Below, in pieces: positions 9,185-19,371 of a stretch of 52,201 nucleotides of DNA; position 1 is the first letter of the stretch, and the number at the start of each line of letters is the position of its first letter. Location of the stretch: IMG/VR virus record IMGVR_UViG_3300009124_000020; one strand, 5' to 3'. The notes under the pieces are model-generated. The model ran no database searches, had not been told where the DNA came from, and saw only the letters and a list, made by a program, of their open reading frames with translations. Both the position numbers and the translations under genes were made by a program. The stretch comes from a virus.

Positions 9185-9751
9185 ATGACTAATCTGAAGA
9201 TTTCCCCTTCAGGCATTAACCTCGTGAAGAAATTTGAGGGACTGCACAAACAAACAGCCGAAGGCGATGTAAGAGCTTATAGATGTGTAGCAGGACGCTG
9301 GACATTAGGTTGGGGCCATACCAAAGGCGTAAGGTCAGGTATGAGAGCTACTATAGAGCAATGTGAAGAATACTTATCAGAAGATCTAAGAGAAGTAGGA
9401 CAGTACATTAACGCACTTGTAGAAGTACCTCTTAACCAAGCTCAGTTTGATGCTTTAAGTTGTTTTATTTTCAACCTTGGCGTTGGGAACTTTAAGAAAA
9501 GTACACTCCTTAAAAAATTAAATAATGGAGAGTATGACGAAGTTCCTGCTCAGTTAATGAGATGGAATAAAGCTAGGGTAGAGGGAGTACTTACTCCTCT
9601 TCCTGGATTGACAAGAAGAAGGTCAGCAGAAGCTGCTCTATTTAGTATGTCAGCCCCACTTGCTTCAGAAGACAATGGCGAAATGATGCCACAGAAGATT
9701 GAAGAAAGTGTTGAGGAGAAAAGTTTTTTTGGGAGATGGTTTAATAAATGA
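9185..9751 (+). CDS. Endolysin, GH24 lysozyme family
   Basis: KKFEG...AYRCVAGRWTLGWGHT is the catalytic signature of T4/lambda-type lysozymes. Confidence 0.85.
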   Translation: MTNLKISPSGINLVKKFEGLHKQTAEGDVRAYRCVAGRWTLGWGHTKGVRSGMRATIEQCEEYLSEDLREVGQYINALVEVPLNQAQFDALSCFIFNLGVGNFKKSTLLKKLNNGEYDEVPAQLMRWNKARVEGVLTPLPGLTRRRSAEAALFSMSAPLASEDNGEMMPQKIEESVEEKSFFGRWFNK

Positions 9752-10131
9752 TTGATAAGCTAATAGAACCTGTAAGCGATATTGTTAGCAAGTTTGTCAA
9801 AGATAAAGACTTACAAGCTAAACTAGATCATGAACTACAGACTTTGTTTCATCAGGCTAATTTAGCTCAAATAGAATTACTAAAAGAAGACGCTAAATCT
9901 AATAATTGGTTTCAAAATTCTTGGCGACCTTTTGTGGGGTGGATATGTGGCGTTGCCATGTTGTACCACTTTATCTTACAACCTCTCCTTCACACAGTTT
10001 TAACAGCTTCAGGATTGCAAGTAGCATTACCTGATTTTGAGTTTTCTCAGCTTTCTACAATCCTAATGGCAATGCTCGGAATGAGTGGTTTGCGTAGCTA
10101 TGAGAAGACTAAAGGAGTGCATGGTAAGTAG
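9748..10131 (+). CDS. Holin, GTA-type 3TM holin family
   Basis: The SWRPFVGWICGVAMLYHFILQPLL signature (WRPxxGW) is present with predicted TM segments. The start overlaps the endolysin stop as ATGA. Confidence 0.65.
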   Translation: MIDKLIEPVSDIVSKFVKDKDLQAKLDHELQTLFHQANLAQIELLKEDAKSNNWFQNSWRPFVGWICGVAMLYHFILQPLLHTVLTASGLQVALPDFEFSQLSTILMAMLGMSGLRSYEKTKGVHGK

Positions 10132-10133
10132 AG

Positions 10134-10430
10134 ATGGTGAAACAGGCATTAACTGAAAATTCTAATCTAACAGTTAGCCTAAGTTATTTAGCACAAATTA
10201 TCTGTGCTATCATTGCAGTAGTTTATACATACACCACTCTTACAGCAGAGATTACGCGATTAGAAAATCAAGTTGCGTTGATGAAAGACGATGTAAAAGA
10301 AGTTCAGATATGGACAAGAGAGTGGGAGTCAGGGGGAATTTTACCTCTTGATGTAGAGCAAAATCAAAAGATTTTATATTTAGAAGAAGAAGTTGCAAGA
10401 CTACATGAGCAACTTTACGGAATAAGATAA
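10134..10430 (+). CDS. N-terminal TM plus coiled-coil protein (i-spanin-like lysis accessory)
   Basis: TM segment LSYLAQIICAIIAVVYTYTTL is followed by a coiled coil. It is the last gene of the lysis cassette. No embedded lipoprotein ORF was seen. Confidence 0.35.
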   Translation: MVKQALTENSNLTVSLSYLAQIICAIIAVVYTYTTLTAEITRLENQVALMKDDVKEVQIWTREWESGGILPLDVEQNQKILYLEEEVARLHEQLYGIR

Positions 10431-10432
10431 TA

Positions 10433-12088
10433 ATGGCAGTACAACAAACACAAAACCCTAATGATGATTCAGTTGTAGGAGATCCTAATGCTCTTCCTAA
10501 ACAAGGAGAAGCTGCTCAAGATCAGCAAACGTTTATAGAAAATACTAATGTAATGTCTCCTGAATATGATGCTGAAGGAAATGAGATAGGAGTATCTGAC
10601 TCTAATGTTTCAGGGACTGTATCTCCATTAGATGTAACAGGAAGTCAGGTAGTAGGTAACTCAGGTATAGACCCAACTAGATTGGCAGGAGATCTCGTAG
10701 GAGACCCTGGACAATTCATGCAAGGGGATATGACTCTTGCTGATAAAGTTGAAGGTATTGATCCTAATACTCCTGGGACAAATATAGATGGCACTAATTT
10801 TGGAATGGACGCAGATGCTTTATCTGTAACTGCCACAACAGGAGTAACTGATACAGCTAACAATGTAACAGAAACAGACGCTAGAACTTATACAGCAGAA
10901 ACAGCATTCGATAGAGTAGCTGCTCAAGATATGGACGCTGCTCAAGGTGAAGTTAGTGATGAAGCTATTATTGATGCTTCTGAGATTGAAGGAGATGTAG
11001 ACGCTCTTGAAGAAAGAGTAAGTGGTTTTGCTAATCAAAACATTTCTAATGTAATTGATACATCTACTATTGCAGGTAAATTACTTGCAGAAAAACTAGG
11101 GGAAGGAAACTACACAGACGCTAAAGCTACAGTCAAAGGACAGATGGATATTCTGTCAGCAGAGTTTGTAGACGCTAATGGTAATCCTAAGATACCAACA
11201 TGGGCTGCTGGAAGTGCTAGAGCAGTCTCTCGTATGATGGCATTTAAAGGAGTCACAGGTACTGCTGCAACAGCAGCGATGGCTCAAGCTATTATAGAAG
11301 CGTCTTTACCCATTGCACAAGCTGACGCTAAGTTCTTTCAAACAGTTACTTTAGAAAACCTAGATAACAAACAACAATCAATTATTAATACAGCTAACAT
11401 CGTAGCTAAAATGGAATATGCCAATTTAGATGTTAGAGAGTCTGCTGCTCTAAATAATGCAAAGAGTTTTATGCAGATGGATCTCACAAATTTAGATAAC
11501 GAACAAAAGGCGAACATAATAAATAATCAAGGTAGAGTACAAAGTATTTTAGAAGATCAAAAAGCAATAAATGCTCAACGATTATTTACTGCCGACAGTC
11601 AAAACGACTTTATCAAATTCTACAGTAATCTTAATTCAAGCATTGATATGTTCAACACAGAGCAAGTCAACGGAATGGAAAGATTTAATGTAGATCAACT
11701 TAATTCAGTAAATCAGTTTAATGCTAATTTAGAGAACTCAAGAGAACAATTTTATAAAGATATGCAATATAATATAGATCTAGCTAACACAAAATGGCGA
11801 CAGTCTATAACTCTGCAAGAGAACGAACAACTCTTTGAAGCTAACGCTAGAGATGTTCAGAATATGTTTAATTTGTCTACCGAACAACTCAACAGAATTT
11901 GGGATAGATCAGACGCTCTTTTAGATTATGCGTGGAAGTCTAGTGAGAATGAGTTGGATAGAGAAACCAAGATGGCTCTCGCTAAGATGGAAATGGAATG
12001 GCAAAGATACTCAGCTAAACAGCAGAAAAAAGGAGCTATGTGGGAAGCTGTAGGTGGAATGGCTGCTGCTGCTATTGCCCTCATATAA
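10433..12088 (+). CDS. Large virion or internal protein candidate with a C-terminal hydrophobic anchor
   Basis: 551 aa, Asn/Gln/Asp-rich, ending in WEAVGGMAAAAIALI. The call rests on position in the late operon only. Confidence 0.4.
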   Translation: MAVQQTQNPNDDSVVGDPNALPKQGEAAQDQQTFIENTNVMSPEYDAEGNEIGVSDSNVSGTVSPLDVTGSQVVGNSGIDPTRLAGDLVGDPGQFMQGDMTLADKVEGIDPNTPGTNIDGTNFGMDADALSVTATTGVTDTANNVTETDARTYTAETAFDRVAAQDMDAAQGEVSDEAIIDASEIEGDVDALEERVSGFANQNISNVIDTSTIAGKLLAEKLGEGNYTDAKATVKGQMDILSAEFVDANGNPKIPTWAAGSARAVSRMMAFKGVTGTAATAAMAQAIIEASLPIAQADAKFFQTVTLENLDNKQQSIINTANIVAKMEYANLDVRESAALNNAKSFMQMDLTNLDNEQKANIINNQGRVQSILEDQKAINAQRLFTADSQNDFIKFYSNLNSSIDMFNTEQVNGMERFNVDQLNSVNQFNANLENSREQFYKDMQYNIDLANTKWRQSITLQENEQLFEANARDVQNMFNLSTEQLNRIWDRSDALLDYAWKSSENELDRETKMALAKMEMEWQRYSAKQQKKGAMWEAVGGMAAAAIALI

Positions 12089-12100
12089 TAGGACACAAAT

Positions 12101-12508
12101 ATGGATTATAACAAATCAACTTTTGAAGGCGTAATTAGAAAATCTATTAAATCTTTTAAAGAAGGTCAGATACCAGAAGAGACTTTTGAAAGAATGTCTG
12201 ATGATGGCAAAGAAGTAAAATACACTCCTGACTACTTCGATACTTTGGAAGAGCAAGTGTTAGAAGAAAAAGAAAAATTAGACAAAAAAGAAAAGAAAAA
12301 ATCTAAAAAAAAGAAACCCTTAAAAATGAGTGAGGGGGGAACTCCTACTGAAGAAGAAAACTCTGAAGAAGAAGAGAAGACTCCTGGCAAGGATATGGGA
12401 ACTGCTGCTGCTGAAGGCTTAATGGCTATCGGTAAAGGTATTCAAGAAGCCTATGATGGCGAACTAGACCCAAACAAGATGAGTTTTAGTGGGACTACTA
12501 GGAGATAA
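12101..12508 (+). CDS. Hypothetical protein with a Lys/Glu-rich low-complexity centre
   Basis: ORF in the late operon containing a KEKLDKKEKKKSKKKK tract. Confidence 0.5.
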   Translation: MDYNKSTFEGVIRKSIKSFKEGQIPEETFERMSDDGKEVKYTPDYFDTLEEQVLEEKEKLDKKEKKKSKKKKPLKMSEGGTPTEEENSEEEEKTPGKDMGTAAAEGLMAIGKGIQEAYDGELDPNKMSFSGTTRR

Positions 12509-12516
12509 ATAAAAAT

Positions 12517-13086
12517 ATGCAAGAACCTAAATTTACACAACCAACATTTGATGCTCCAATCCCAGGAGAAAACTATACATCAGATACTAAGAACTATCCT
12601 TGGCATAGACCCCCTGAATACACAGACTATGACGAAGCGATTGATTATGTCCTTACTCTAGTTAGTGGGGAACAACAGATAGCTTCTGCAATGTCTTTGT
12701 TAGACGCAGGTATATCTCTACCTACTGTCGTAGATATGATTATCACAGGAAGAATAGCCAACGGATATGTTGGTATTGATTTAGGTATTTTGATTGCTGG
12801 GCCTGTCGCAAGGTTCTTAGAGATTATGGCTCTCTCATACGACATAGAAGTTTCTATGGGTAAAGATGATGAGCTACCAAACCCAAGTCCAGCCTATGTA
12901 AAATCATTGGTATCTAAAGTTGAATTAGAGGAAGGAGAAGAAGAATCTGAAGAAGAAACCGAAGATGCAGATGGTGAATTGCCTTCTAGTGGATTGATGG
13001 GAGCACCTTCACAAATAGAGCAAGAACAAATGCTCGGTCTTACCGGATCTGATGAGGAAGAGGAAGTAAACGAGGAACAAGAATAA
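12517..13086 (+). CDS. Hypothetical protein with an acidic C-terminal tail
   Basis: ORF in the late operon. The C-terminus is EEGEEESEEETED...EEEEVNEEQE. Confidence 0.5.
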   Translation: MQEPKFTQPTFDAPIPGENYTSDTKNYPWHRPPEYTDYDEAIDYVLTLVSGEQQIASAMSLLDAGISLPTVVDMIITGRIANGYVGIDLGILIAGPVARFLEIMALSYDIEVSMGKDDELPNPSPAYVKSLVSKVELEEGEEESEEETEDADGELPSSGLMGAPSQIEQEQMLGLTGSDEEEEVNEEQE

Positions 13087-15170
13087 TGGCTGCAGGATAT
13101 GGATTTGCAACAGGTTTTGCACGAGGTATGGAAAAGAACTTCAGAGAGAAAGCTGCTGAAGAAAAAGATGCTGCTGCTATAGCTGCTGCTCGTTATGAAA
13201 AGAATAGACAGAACTTCTTTGAGCAAGAGAAAAACGATCAAAAGAAAATAAGTCAAGCAGAACAAATTATAGAACAATTATATCCTAACGCTTCTACTAG
13301 AGATAAAGAAGCTAGGAAGACAGACGCTGTTCAATTACTTAGAGCTGATAATTCTTTCAAAGATGTTTTGTCATTGATGGAAGAAAGAGAATACGAACAA
13401 ATTAAAGACGAACAAAAAGAAGAAGCTAAAGCAGTTAAAGTTGAAACAGAAACACCTACTGATAAAGCAAAAGTAGGCAATGTCGTAAGCCAAACCAACG
13501 AAATGTTGTCTAGTGAAGATGTTACTAAAGCATTAGAATCTGGTGATGATGGATTTAAGAAAGAAGTAAAAGATGAATCTAAAGACGCTGAATTTAAAAC
13601 AGAAGTAAAAGATGAATCTAACGATGTAGGCTTTTTCCAAAACCTTAAAAACAAAGCTCAAGAAAGATCTGATAGAAGAGTTGAAAGAAGGCTTGATAAA
13701 CTCACAGGCGTATCTCAAGACGAAAGAGATAGGTTTGCAGGGGGTTATAATCCAACTGAATATAATTCTCCTTCAGGGACAGTCTTTACTCTTAAAGTAG
13801 ACCCAACAAAACAACCTTCTTCATTAGGTGGATTACTTACTCAGAATCTTCTCGACTCTGACGAGTATAAGAACGCCAATACTGAAGAAAGAAGATTAAT
13901 GATCTTACAGACTATCAAAGATCAAAAGGTAAAAGATGAAACAGAAACTATGTCTTCTCTTATTATTCAGCTACAAGAGTTAGATCCTAACGACCCTTCA
14001 TTTGATAAAAAGAAAAATGACCTACTAGCTAGAATAAATAGCTACGCTAAAGCAGAAGCCTATGTAGAAGCTATCAAAGACTCTGGAGAAGCTGAAACAT
14101 TAGAAATGGTTAGCTTAGATGAAGGTAGTCTTGGTAAGGTTACTTTTGCTAGAGAAGTTCCTCAGTTTGATGGAACTAATATGTCTAATGTTTATATTTC
14201 TTCTGACAATAATCAGACAGAATTAAACCCAGATAATTATTTAATTTTAACTGATGATATTAGAGCCGAAGCTCAATCCATAAGAAAAGGCAAAACAGAC
14301 GAAATTAAAAAATACAACGAGAAAGCAGTAGATACTATTGATGCTGTAAGATTAATGGGACAAAGCATTGATCTTATAGATCAGTACCCACTAATGCTTA
14401 CAACCTTTGGTGGTGCTGTACCTCAAGCCCTTAAGGGTATTGGTATAGAAGTTCTTGCTATCAATGATACTATAACTAAATACGCCAATCGTAGTAAAGA
14501 GTTAGCCGATGGCGAAGAGTTTATTATAGATCTTGCAGACTTTGAAAAGGAATTAAATTTACCTGAAGGAGTTACTTTAGCAACTATAGAGCAATCTTTA
14601 GATAATATGATTGGCTCTCAGTTAGTAGATCAAGCGACTGCTAAATCTCTATACGAAACTAAAACTTTGTTGATGGCATTTAGGCTTGGTGGTCTTGAAG
14701 GACAATCAGGTAACGCTCTATCTAATAAAGACTTTGAAAGACTACAAATGATCTTAAATCCTTCTAAGGATACAAGAGTAGCTAAGACTGCTCTTAGAGA
14801 TTACATGGTAAGTATGATTAGAGAGCAAGACACTAGGGCTGCTCTAATTAATGATGACCCAGCAGTAAAAGGATTTGAGAACAAGTATGGAATTAATCCT
14901 TACTTCTTAGGTGCTCAACCTGTAAAAACTATAGATGAGTATGCTCAAGGTGAATACCTAGAAGATGCAGGTTTCCAAAATGGATACAGGTATTTTAAAG
15001 ACTACAGCCCAACAGGTGAAGAACCTAAAACTAAAGAAGAAGTAACTGTTGAACCTGTGGTGGCGTTAGATCAAAATAATATACAAGAGTCATATAAAAA
15101 CTTACCTTCTGGAACACCCTATTCCTACATTGATGAGAACGGAAATAAAATCTCATCTGTAAAACCTTAA
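13086..15170 (+). CDS. Large hypothetical protein (internal virion protein candidate)
   Basis: 694 aa. Its ATG overlaps the upstream stop (TAATG). No recognised domain. Confidence 0.45.
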   Translation: MAAGYGFATGFARGMEKNFREKAAEEKDAAAIAAARYEKNRQNFFEQEKNDQKKISQAEQIIEQLYPNASTRDKEARKTDAVQLLRADNSFKDVLSLMEEREYEQIKDEQKEEAKAVKVETETPTDKAKVGNVVSQTNEMLSSEDVTKALESGDDGFKKEVKDESKDAEFKTEVKDESNDVGFFQNLKNKAQERSDRRVERRLDKLTGVSQDERDRFAGGYNPTEYNSPSGTVFTLKVDPTKQPSSLGGLLTQNLLDSDEYKNANTEERRLMILQTIKDQKVKDETETMSSLIIQLQELDPNDPSFDKKKNDLLARINSYAKAEAYVEAIKDSGEAETLEMVSLDEGSLGKVTFAREVPQFDGTNMSNVYISSDNNQTELNPDNYLILTDDIRAEAQSIRKGKTDEIKKYNEKAVDTIDAVRLMGQSIDLIDQYPLMLTTFGGAVPQALKGIGIEVLAINDTITKYANRSKELADGEEFIIDLADFEKELNLPEGVTLATIEQSLDNMIGSQLVDQATAKSLYETKTLLMAFRLGGLEGQSGNALSNKDFERLQMILNPSKDTRVAKTALRDYMVSMIREQDTRAALINDDPAVKGFENKYGINPYFLGAQPVKTIDEYAQGEYLEDAGFQNGYRYFKDYSPTGEEPKTKEEVTVEPVVALDQNNIQESYKNLPSGTPYSYIDENGNKISSVKP

Positions 15171-15180
15171 GAGACAATTT

Positions 15181-18100
15181 ATGGCAGACAGTCAAAAAGA
15201 AATGACCGACATTTTCGGTAATCCTATTACTTCTACTGAAGAAATAGAAAAGGATATATTTGGTAATCCCATTACTTCTACTGAAGAAGAAAAATCCGTA
15301 GATGAAGTTCAAAGTATTATCGAAGGAACTAATGTAAATCCTAATGCTGAAGTAGAAGTAAAACCTGCTATCCCTTACGAAGATGTAAAAGATCAGCCTG
15401 GAGTAAAAGCTACTTCATTCCCTACTAGGGAAATGGCTGTATTTAATTTCTTAGGCGATCAAGCATTAACTATGTCTGATGAAGACTTCAGTATGCTTAA
15501 CTTACCTAAACCTTCTTCAACTATGTATGAAGGATTAGACTATTCAGCAGCCAAAGCCTTATATCAAAAATATCTTAAGCACCCTAACTTTGCAGGTGGG
15601 GGGTATAACTATACTGATCCTACAACAGGAGATAAAGATAAAGTTATTGTTCCTGAACCTAGAGAACAAATACCTCTACCTCTAGTGGGCAACATTTCTA
15701 ATCCGGGAATGGAACTTCCATTTGAAACAAAAGCAGATACCTCAGTAGGAGAGAAAGTATTTTTTGGTGCGACCAATATGGTAGGAGATCTTGCTGAAAC
15801 AGCAGGGGCAATAGTCGATTGGGCATCTCTTGTGATTGGGTCAGACGAGTGGGAAGAACAAAATCCTGAAGGGCTAGGAATAAATAAATACCTCAAAGAA
15901 AAATATCCTGAATATAATTTTGGTAGTGGAACAGACGCTTTAGTAGGTGAAACAATACCTCTTATTTCTAGTGGGTTTTTGGGTAAAAAGGCTATTGAAG
16001 GTGTAATGTCTTATGGCCCTAAACTTCCTGGGCTAGTACAAAATCTTGCTAAATTTGCAGGGTTTGACGCAGGTGTTGCTGCAGGTGTTGATGAAGACTT
16101 AGGGGGTTTACTTATAGGATCAGACCCAAAACAAAAATTAATTAATTTAGATTCTTGGTCAGGGGGGCTTACTAAAGGTATAGAAGTAGATGTTAACAGC
16201 CCTGAATGGCAACAAGCATTAGGTAAAAGAACTAACATATTCTTAGATGGTCTTGTAGCTTCAGGACTTGCACAAAAAGGTATAGAAGGAACAGGGGCGA
16301 TTGCTAAACTGTTTTATGGGTTCTCTATTAAGCCTTTGATTACTCCTTTCAAAAAAGAAGCTAAAGAAGATGCAATCGTAGCTGACCAAATAAACAATAT
16401 ACTTAGTATTCTAGGTAAATCATCAGATGATGCAGAAGCTGTAAAAGGTATTGTAAAACTTATTGAAGACAACAAAGAAGCCTTTTCTACAATCATTAAA
16501 AGTATTGATGATGAAGAAGTTAACATTGCTTTGTCCACAATGGACGCTTTTGAGCAAGGTTTAAGAAATATAGACCCATCTAAATATCCTGAATTAAATT
16601 TAAGTGCAGGAGACATAAGAAGATTACAAAGTACTGCCAAAGGTATTAACAAAAATGCAGAAGCCCCAGGTAGTGCTGTAGCTGATGTTAGAGCAGAACC
16701 TATTAGAGTTTTAGAAGATGTTACTGCTAAAGTAGAAGATGCTGCTGGTGGTTCTCAAGCTGTAAGAGAAGGTGTCGAAGCAATACAAGATGCTGGTACT
16801 TTAGAGATAACTACAGCTAGAAATAATGTAGAAGATCTATCAAGAAGACTACAAATAGCCGAAGGACAGGTAGAATTACTTATTAAGAATGACCCTGAAC
16901 TAGGCCCCAAATTAAAAGCATTGTCAGAGTTAGATGACTTTAACTTTGGCTCACTTCCTCAAAGATCAGCACAAGAACTAGAACAATACATTCGTAAAGC
17001 ATACGATGATATGACTTTCAAAAAAGATGAGTTGTATAGGGCTGTTTCTGATGGAGAAGTAGATCCTGAAGGAATTATAGAAGCACTTAACAACATGACT
17101 GCTGACCAACTTGCTCTAGGTAGAAGTGGTCTAGGTAGAGCTGAACCATTAGCTGAACTATTAGATTTAGCTACTAAAAAGATGGTTAAAGAAGGTGATA
17201 ACCTTGTTGAAGAAACTGATGATGTAATCCTTGATAGAGTTAAAGAGTTTCTATTTAAAGGTGATGGCGTTTCTTATGGGGATCTTTATAAGTTCAGATC
17301 TAAACTAGCTAAAATTAAAAATGACCTCTACACCAAAGGTGGTGCAGTAGAAGGGGGAACAGCAGACGCTTTAAATCAGTTTATTAGGTATATTGATGAA
17401 GAAGCTCTTGATTATGCGAGTAAGCAGAATCCTCTACTAGATGACGCAGTAGACGAAGCTAAAACTTATTATAGTACTACCTATGCTCCGTATTGGAGAG
17501 ATAAAGGTGTTCTTGAAGAGTATGCTAGAAACTACAATGTAGTTAGAAATCTTCCAGGGGACATACCAGCAGGAACTCTTGATAATAACACAAGGCTTCT
17601 TACTGACATCATTGATGATCCTAAAGCACTAAACCAAACAAGTAATATTGTTAGCCTAATTAAAGTATCTGATAACCCATCAGTCGTAACAGATTACATT
17701 GTTGGTAATGCTGCTGTTAAGCTAAAGCAGATGTTAGCTAGAGGTAAAACTTTTAACGATGTAGAAGTTCAAACACTATTAGATAGCTTAGATACTTATG
17801 GTGCTACTTTATCAAAAGATTTTCCAGAACAAAGCAAGAACTTACAAACCTTTATTAGTGACCTTAGAAGTCAGAAAGGTACTGTAGAGAGTCTTACAAA
17901 AGACTTGGACGATGCAATTAAAGTTGCAAATACTATTGAAGAAAACATCTATAGTAAAAAACTAAAAGACTTCTTTGATTCAAGAAATATTCCTATCCAG
18001 GGAGAGCAAGGCTTCTCAGCTATAAATAAAATTATTAAAAGAGGGGACTTGAATCTAATTGATGATTTACTTGTCTACGCAGAACAAGATCCTATTGTGA

Positions 18101-18765
18101 GAGATGCTCTTAAAGCAGCATACGCTAAATCATTTAGAACTAATGTTTTAGGTAGCACCCCTGAGTTTTCAGGTGCTCCTAATCTTAAGACAGGACAAGC
18201 TCAAGCAGTTCAAGAAGAACTAAATAATGTATTAGATGCTGGTAGAAGAATATTTGCAGATCAACCTGAGATACCTTCTGCTTTAGAGTCTATTTTAGAT
18301 ATATCTTACATCATTACAGGTAATAGAAGAGCAAGAGATATAGCAGGTACTTCTGATACTTATATAAGACAACAAGCTAAACAAGCTAGTGACAGGGCTA
18401 TTACTTACATATTCGGTGTGTTGAATAGAATTGGTGCTAGAGTAAGATCAGGTGTTACAGGGGTTTTAGCTCAAGTAGATAACGAAATCGGTATGATTAC
18501 TGATGCTGTTTTGTCAGACCCTGATGAATTTATTAGAGTTGCAAATAGATTAGCTGAAGGAGCAGAACCTGCTACCTTTAGAAAAGAAATATTACTTCCA
18601 TACTTAACTCGTGCTTATGGTATTACTGCTCAAGATGAGCAAAGTGAAATAGATATTCTAAATATCATGGCAGAAGTAGAACAAGAGTTAGTCATGAAAG
18701 GAAATGACCTATCAGGTTTTATCTTAGAAGGCGTAGACGAAGCCAAAGACAGTTTTCTAAAATAA
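15181..18765 (+). CDS. Very large hypothetical protein (internal or ejection protein candidate)
   Basis: 1194 aa, the largest non-fibre ORF. The N-terminus carries a tandem DIFGNPITSTEE duplication (15208-15243 and 15253-15288). The call rests on size and position, by analogy with podovirus core proteins. Confidence 0.45.
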   Translation: MADSQKEMTDIFGNPITSTEEIEKDIFGNPITSTEEEKSVDEVQSIIEGTNVNPNAEVEVKPAIPYEDVKDQPGVKATSFPTREMAVFNFLGDQALTMSDEDFSMLNLPKPSSTMYEGLDYSAAKALYQKYLKHPNFAGGGYNYTDPTTGDKDKVIVPEPREQIPLPLVGNISNPGMELPFETKADTSVGEKVFFGATNMVGDLAETAGAIVDWASLVIGSDEWEEQNPEGLGINKYLKEKYPEYNFGSGTDALVGETIPLISSGFLGKKAIEGVMSYGPKLPGLVQNLAKFAGFDAGVAAGVDEDLGGLLIGSDPKQKLINLDSWSGGLTKGIEVDVNSPEWQQALGKRTNIFLDGLVASGLAQKGIEGTGAIAKLFYGFSIKPLITPFKKEAKEDAIVADQINNILSILGKSSDDAEAVKGIVKLIEDNKEAFSTIIKSIDDEEVNIALSTMDAFEQGLRNIDPSKYPELNLSAGDIRRLQSTAKGINKNAEAPGSAVADVRAEPIRVLEDVTAKVEDAAGGSQAVREGVEAIQDAGTLEITTARNNVEDLSRRLQIAEGQVELLIKNDPELGPKLKALSELDDFNFGSLPQRSAQELEQYIRKAYDDMTFKKDELYRAVSDGEVDPEGIIEALNNMTADQLALGRSGLGRAEPLAELLDLATKKMVKEGDNLVEETDDVILDRVKEFLFKGDGVSYGDLYKFRSKLAKIKNDLYTKGGAVEGGTADALNQFIRYIDEEALDYASKQNPLLDDAVDEAKTYYSTTYAPYWRDKGVLEEYARNYNVVRNLPGDIPAGTLDNNTRLLTDIIDDPKALNQTSNIVSLIKVSDNPSVVTDYIVGNAAVKLKQMLARGKTFNDVEVQTLLDSLDTYGATLSKDFPEQSKNLQTFISDLRSQKGTVESLTKDLDDAIKVANTIEENIYSKKLKDFFDSRNIPIQGEQGFSAINKIIKRGDLNLIDDLLVYAEQDPIVRDALKAAYAKSFRTNVLGSTPEFSGAPNLKTGQAQAVQEELNNVLDAGRRIFADQPEIPSALESILDISYIITGNRRARDIAGTSDTYIRQQAKQASDRAITYIFGVLNRIGARVRSGVTGVLAQVDNEIGMITDAVLSDPDEFIRVANRLAEGAEPATFRKEILLPYLTRAYGITAQDEQSEIDILNIMAEVEQELVMKGNDLSGFILEGVDEAKDSFLK

Positions 18766-18766
18766 C

Positions 18767-18967
18767 ATGGCCCCTGAGAAATGGAAGCCTGACGAAGTTA
18801 AAGTAGATCGTCAAACTAAAAAAGTTACCAGGAAAAGACATTACCTTCGTTCAACTCCTACCCAAGATTTGCAAGATTACCTAGAAAAGAGTTATACTAA
18901 ACCTAAAGAAATTCAAAAAATTAAAAAGGAGTTAAGACGAAGAAGTGAAAGAACCAGATCCGAATGA
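18767..18967 (+). CDS. Small basic hypothetical protein
   Basis: 66 aa, Lys/Arg-rich, starting 2 nt after the upstream stop. Confidence 0.45.
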   Translation: MAPEKWKPDEVKVDRQTKKVTRKRHYLRSTPTQDLQDYLEKSYTKPKEIQKIKKELRRRSERTRSE

Positions 18968-19091
18968 TTTAACAATTAACAACGCCTATAAAACTAGGTG
19001 GATTTGGTATCACACAATCTTAGGCATAGAATTATTAATTGTCATAATGATTCAACTAGCCATCTTAGTCATACTCGCAATCAAACTTTAA
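18945..19091 (+). CDS. Possible 48-aa membrane peptide (GTG start)
   Basis: AAAGGAG lies at 18926-18932. My translation is VKEPDPNDLTINNAYKTRWIWYHTILGIELLIVIMIQLAILVILAIKL. It is below the length cutoff of the ORF track. Confidence 0.25.
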   Translation: MKEPDPNDLTINNAYKTRWIWYHTILGIELLIVIMIQLAILVILAIKL

Positions 19092-19099
19092 TCTTAAAT

Positions 19100-19176
19100 T
19101 GGCGTTCTCGGCAGGACTCGAACCTGCAACCCTCGGTTTAGAAGACCGATGCTCTATCCGGTTGAGCTACGAGAAC
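19100..19176 (-). tRNA. tRNA-Arg (anticodon UCU), with encoded CCA
   Basis: A 77-nt cloverleaf folded by hand. Acceptor stem GTTCTCG/CGAGAAC. D arm GCTC-AACCGGATA-GAGC. Anticodon arm TCGGT-CTTCTAA-ACCGA. T arm GCAGG-TTCGAGT-CCTGC. Discriminator G, then CCA. Confidence 0.9.
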
Positions 19177-19221
19177 ATAATATCAAATTTTATCCCATTT
19201 TTAAAAAAACGACCTCACAGG

Positions 19222-19244
19222 AAGCCCATAGTGGGCTTTTCTTG
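19222..19244 (+). terminator. Intrinsic terminator closing the plus-strand late operon
   Basis: Hairpin AAGCCCA-TAG-TGGGCTT followed by a T-rich run. Confidence 0.55.
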
Positions 19245-19320
19245 TATGTGGTAAGGGTATAAGTCCAAAAACACCTAAAATGCGTTAGAGAGCGTTTATG
19301 GGACTCTTAGAAGGTTTGGC

Positions 19321-19345
19321 AAAAAAAAGCCCCAATGAAGGGGCT
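19321..19345 (-). terminator. Intrinsic terminator closing the minus-strand replication operon
   Basis: On the minus strand, hairpin AGCCCC-TTCATT-GGGGCT is followed by T8. Confidence 0.65.
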
Positions 19346-19371
19346 AATTTCCGAAAAAAGAGTAGATTTAA

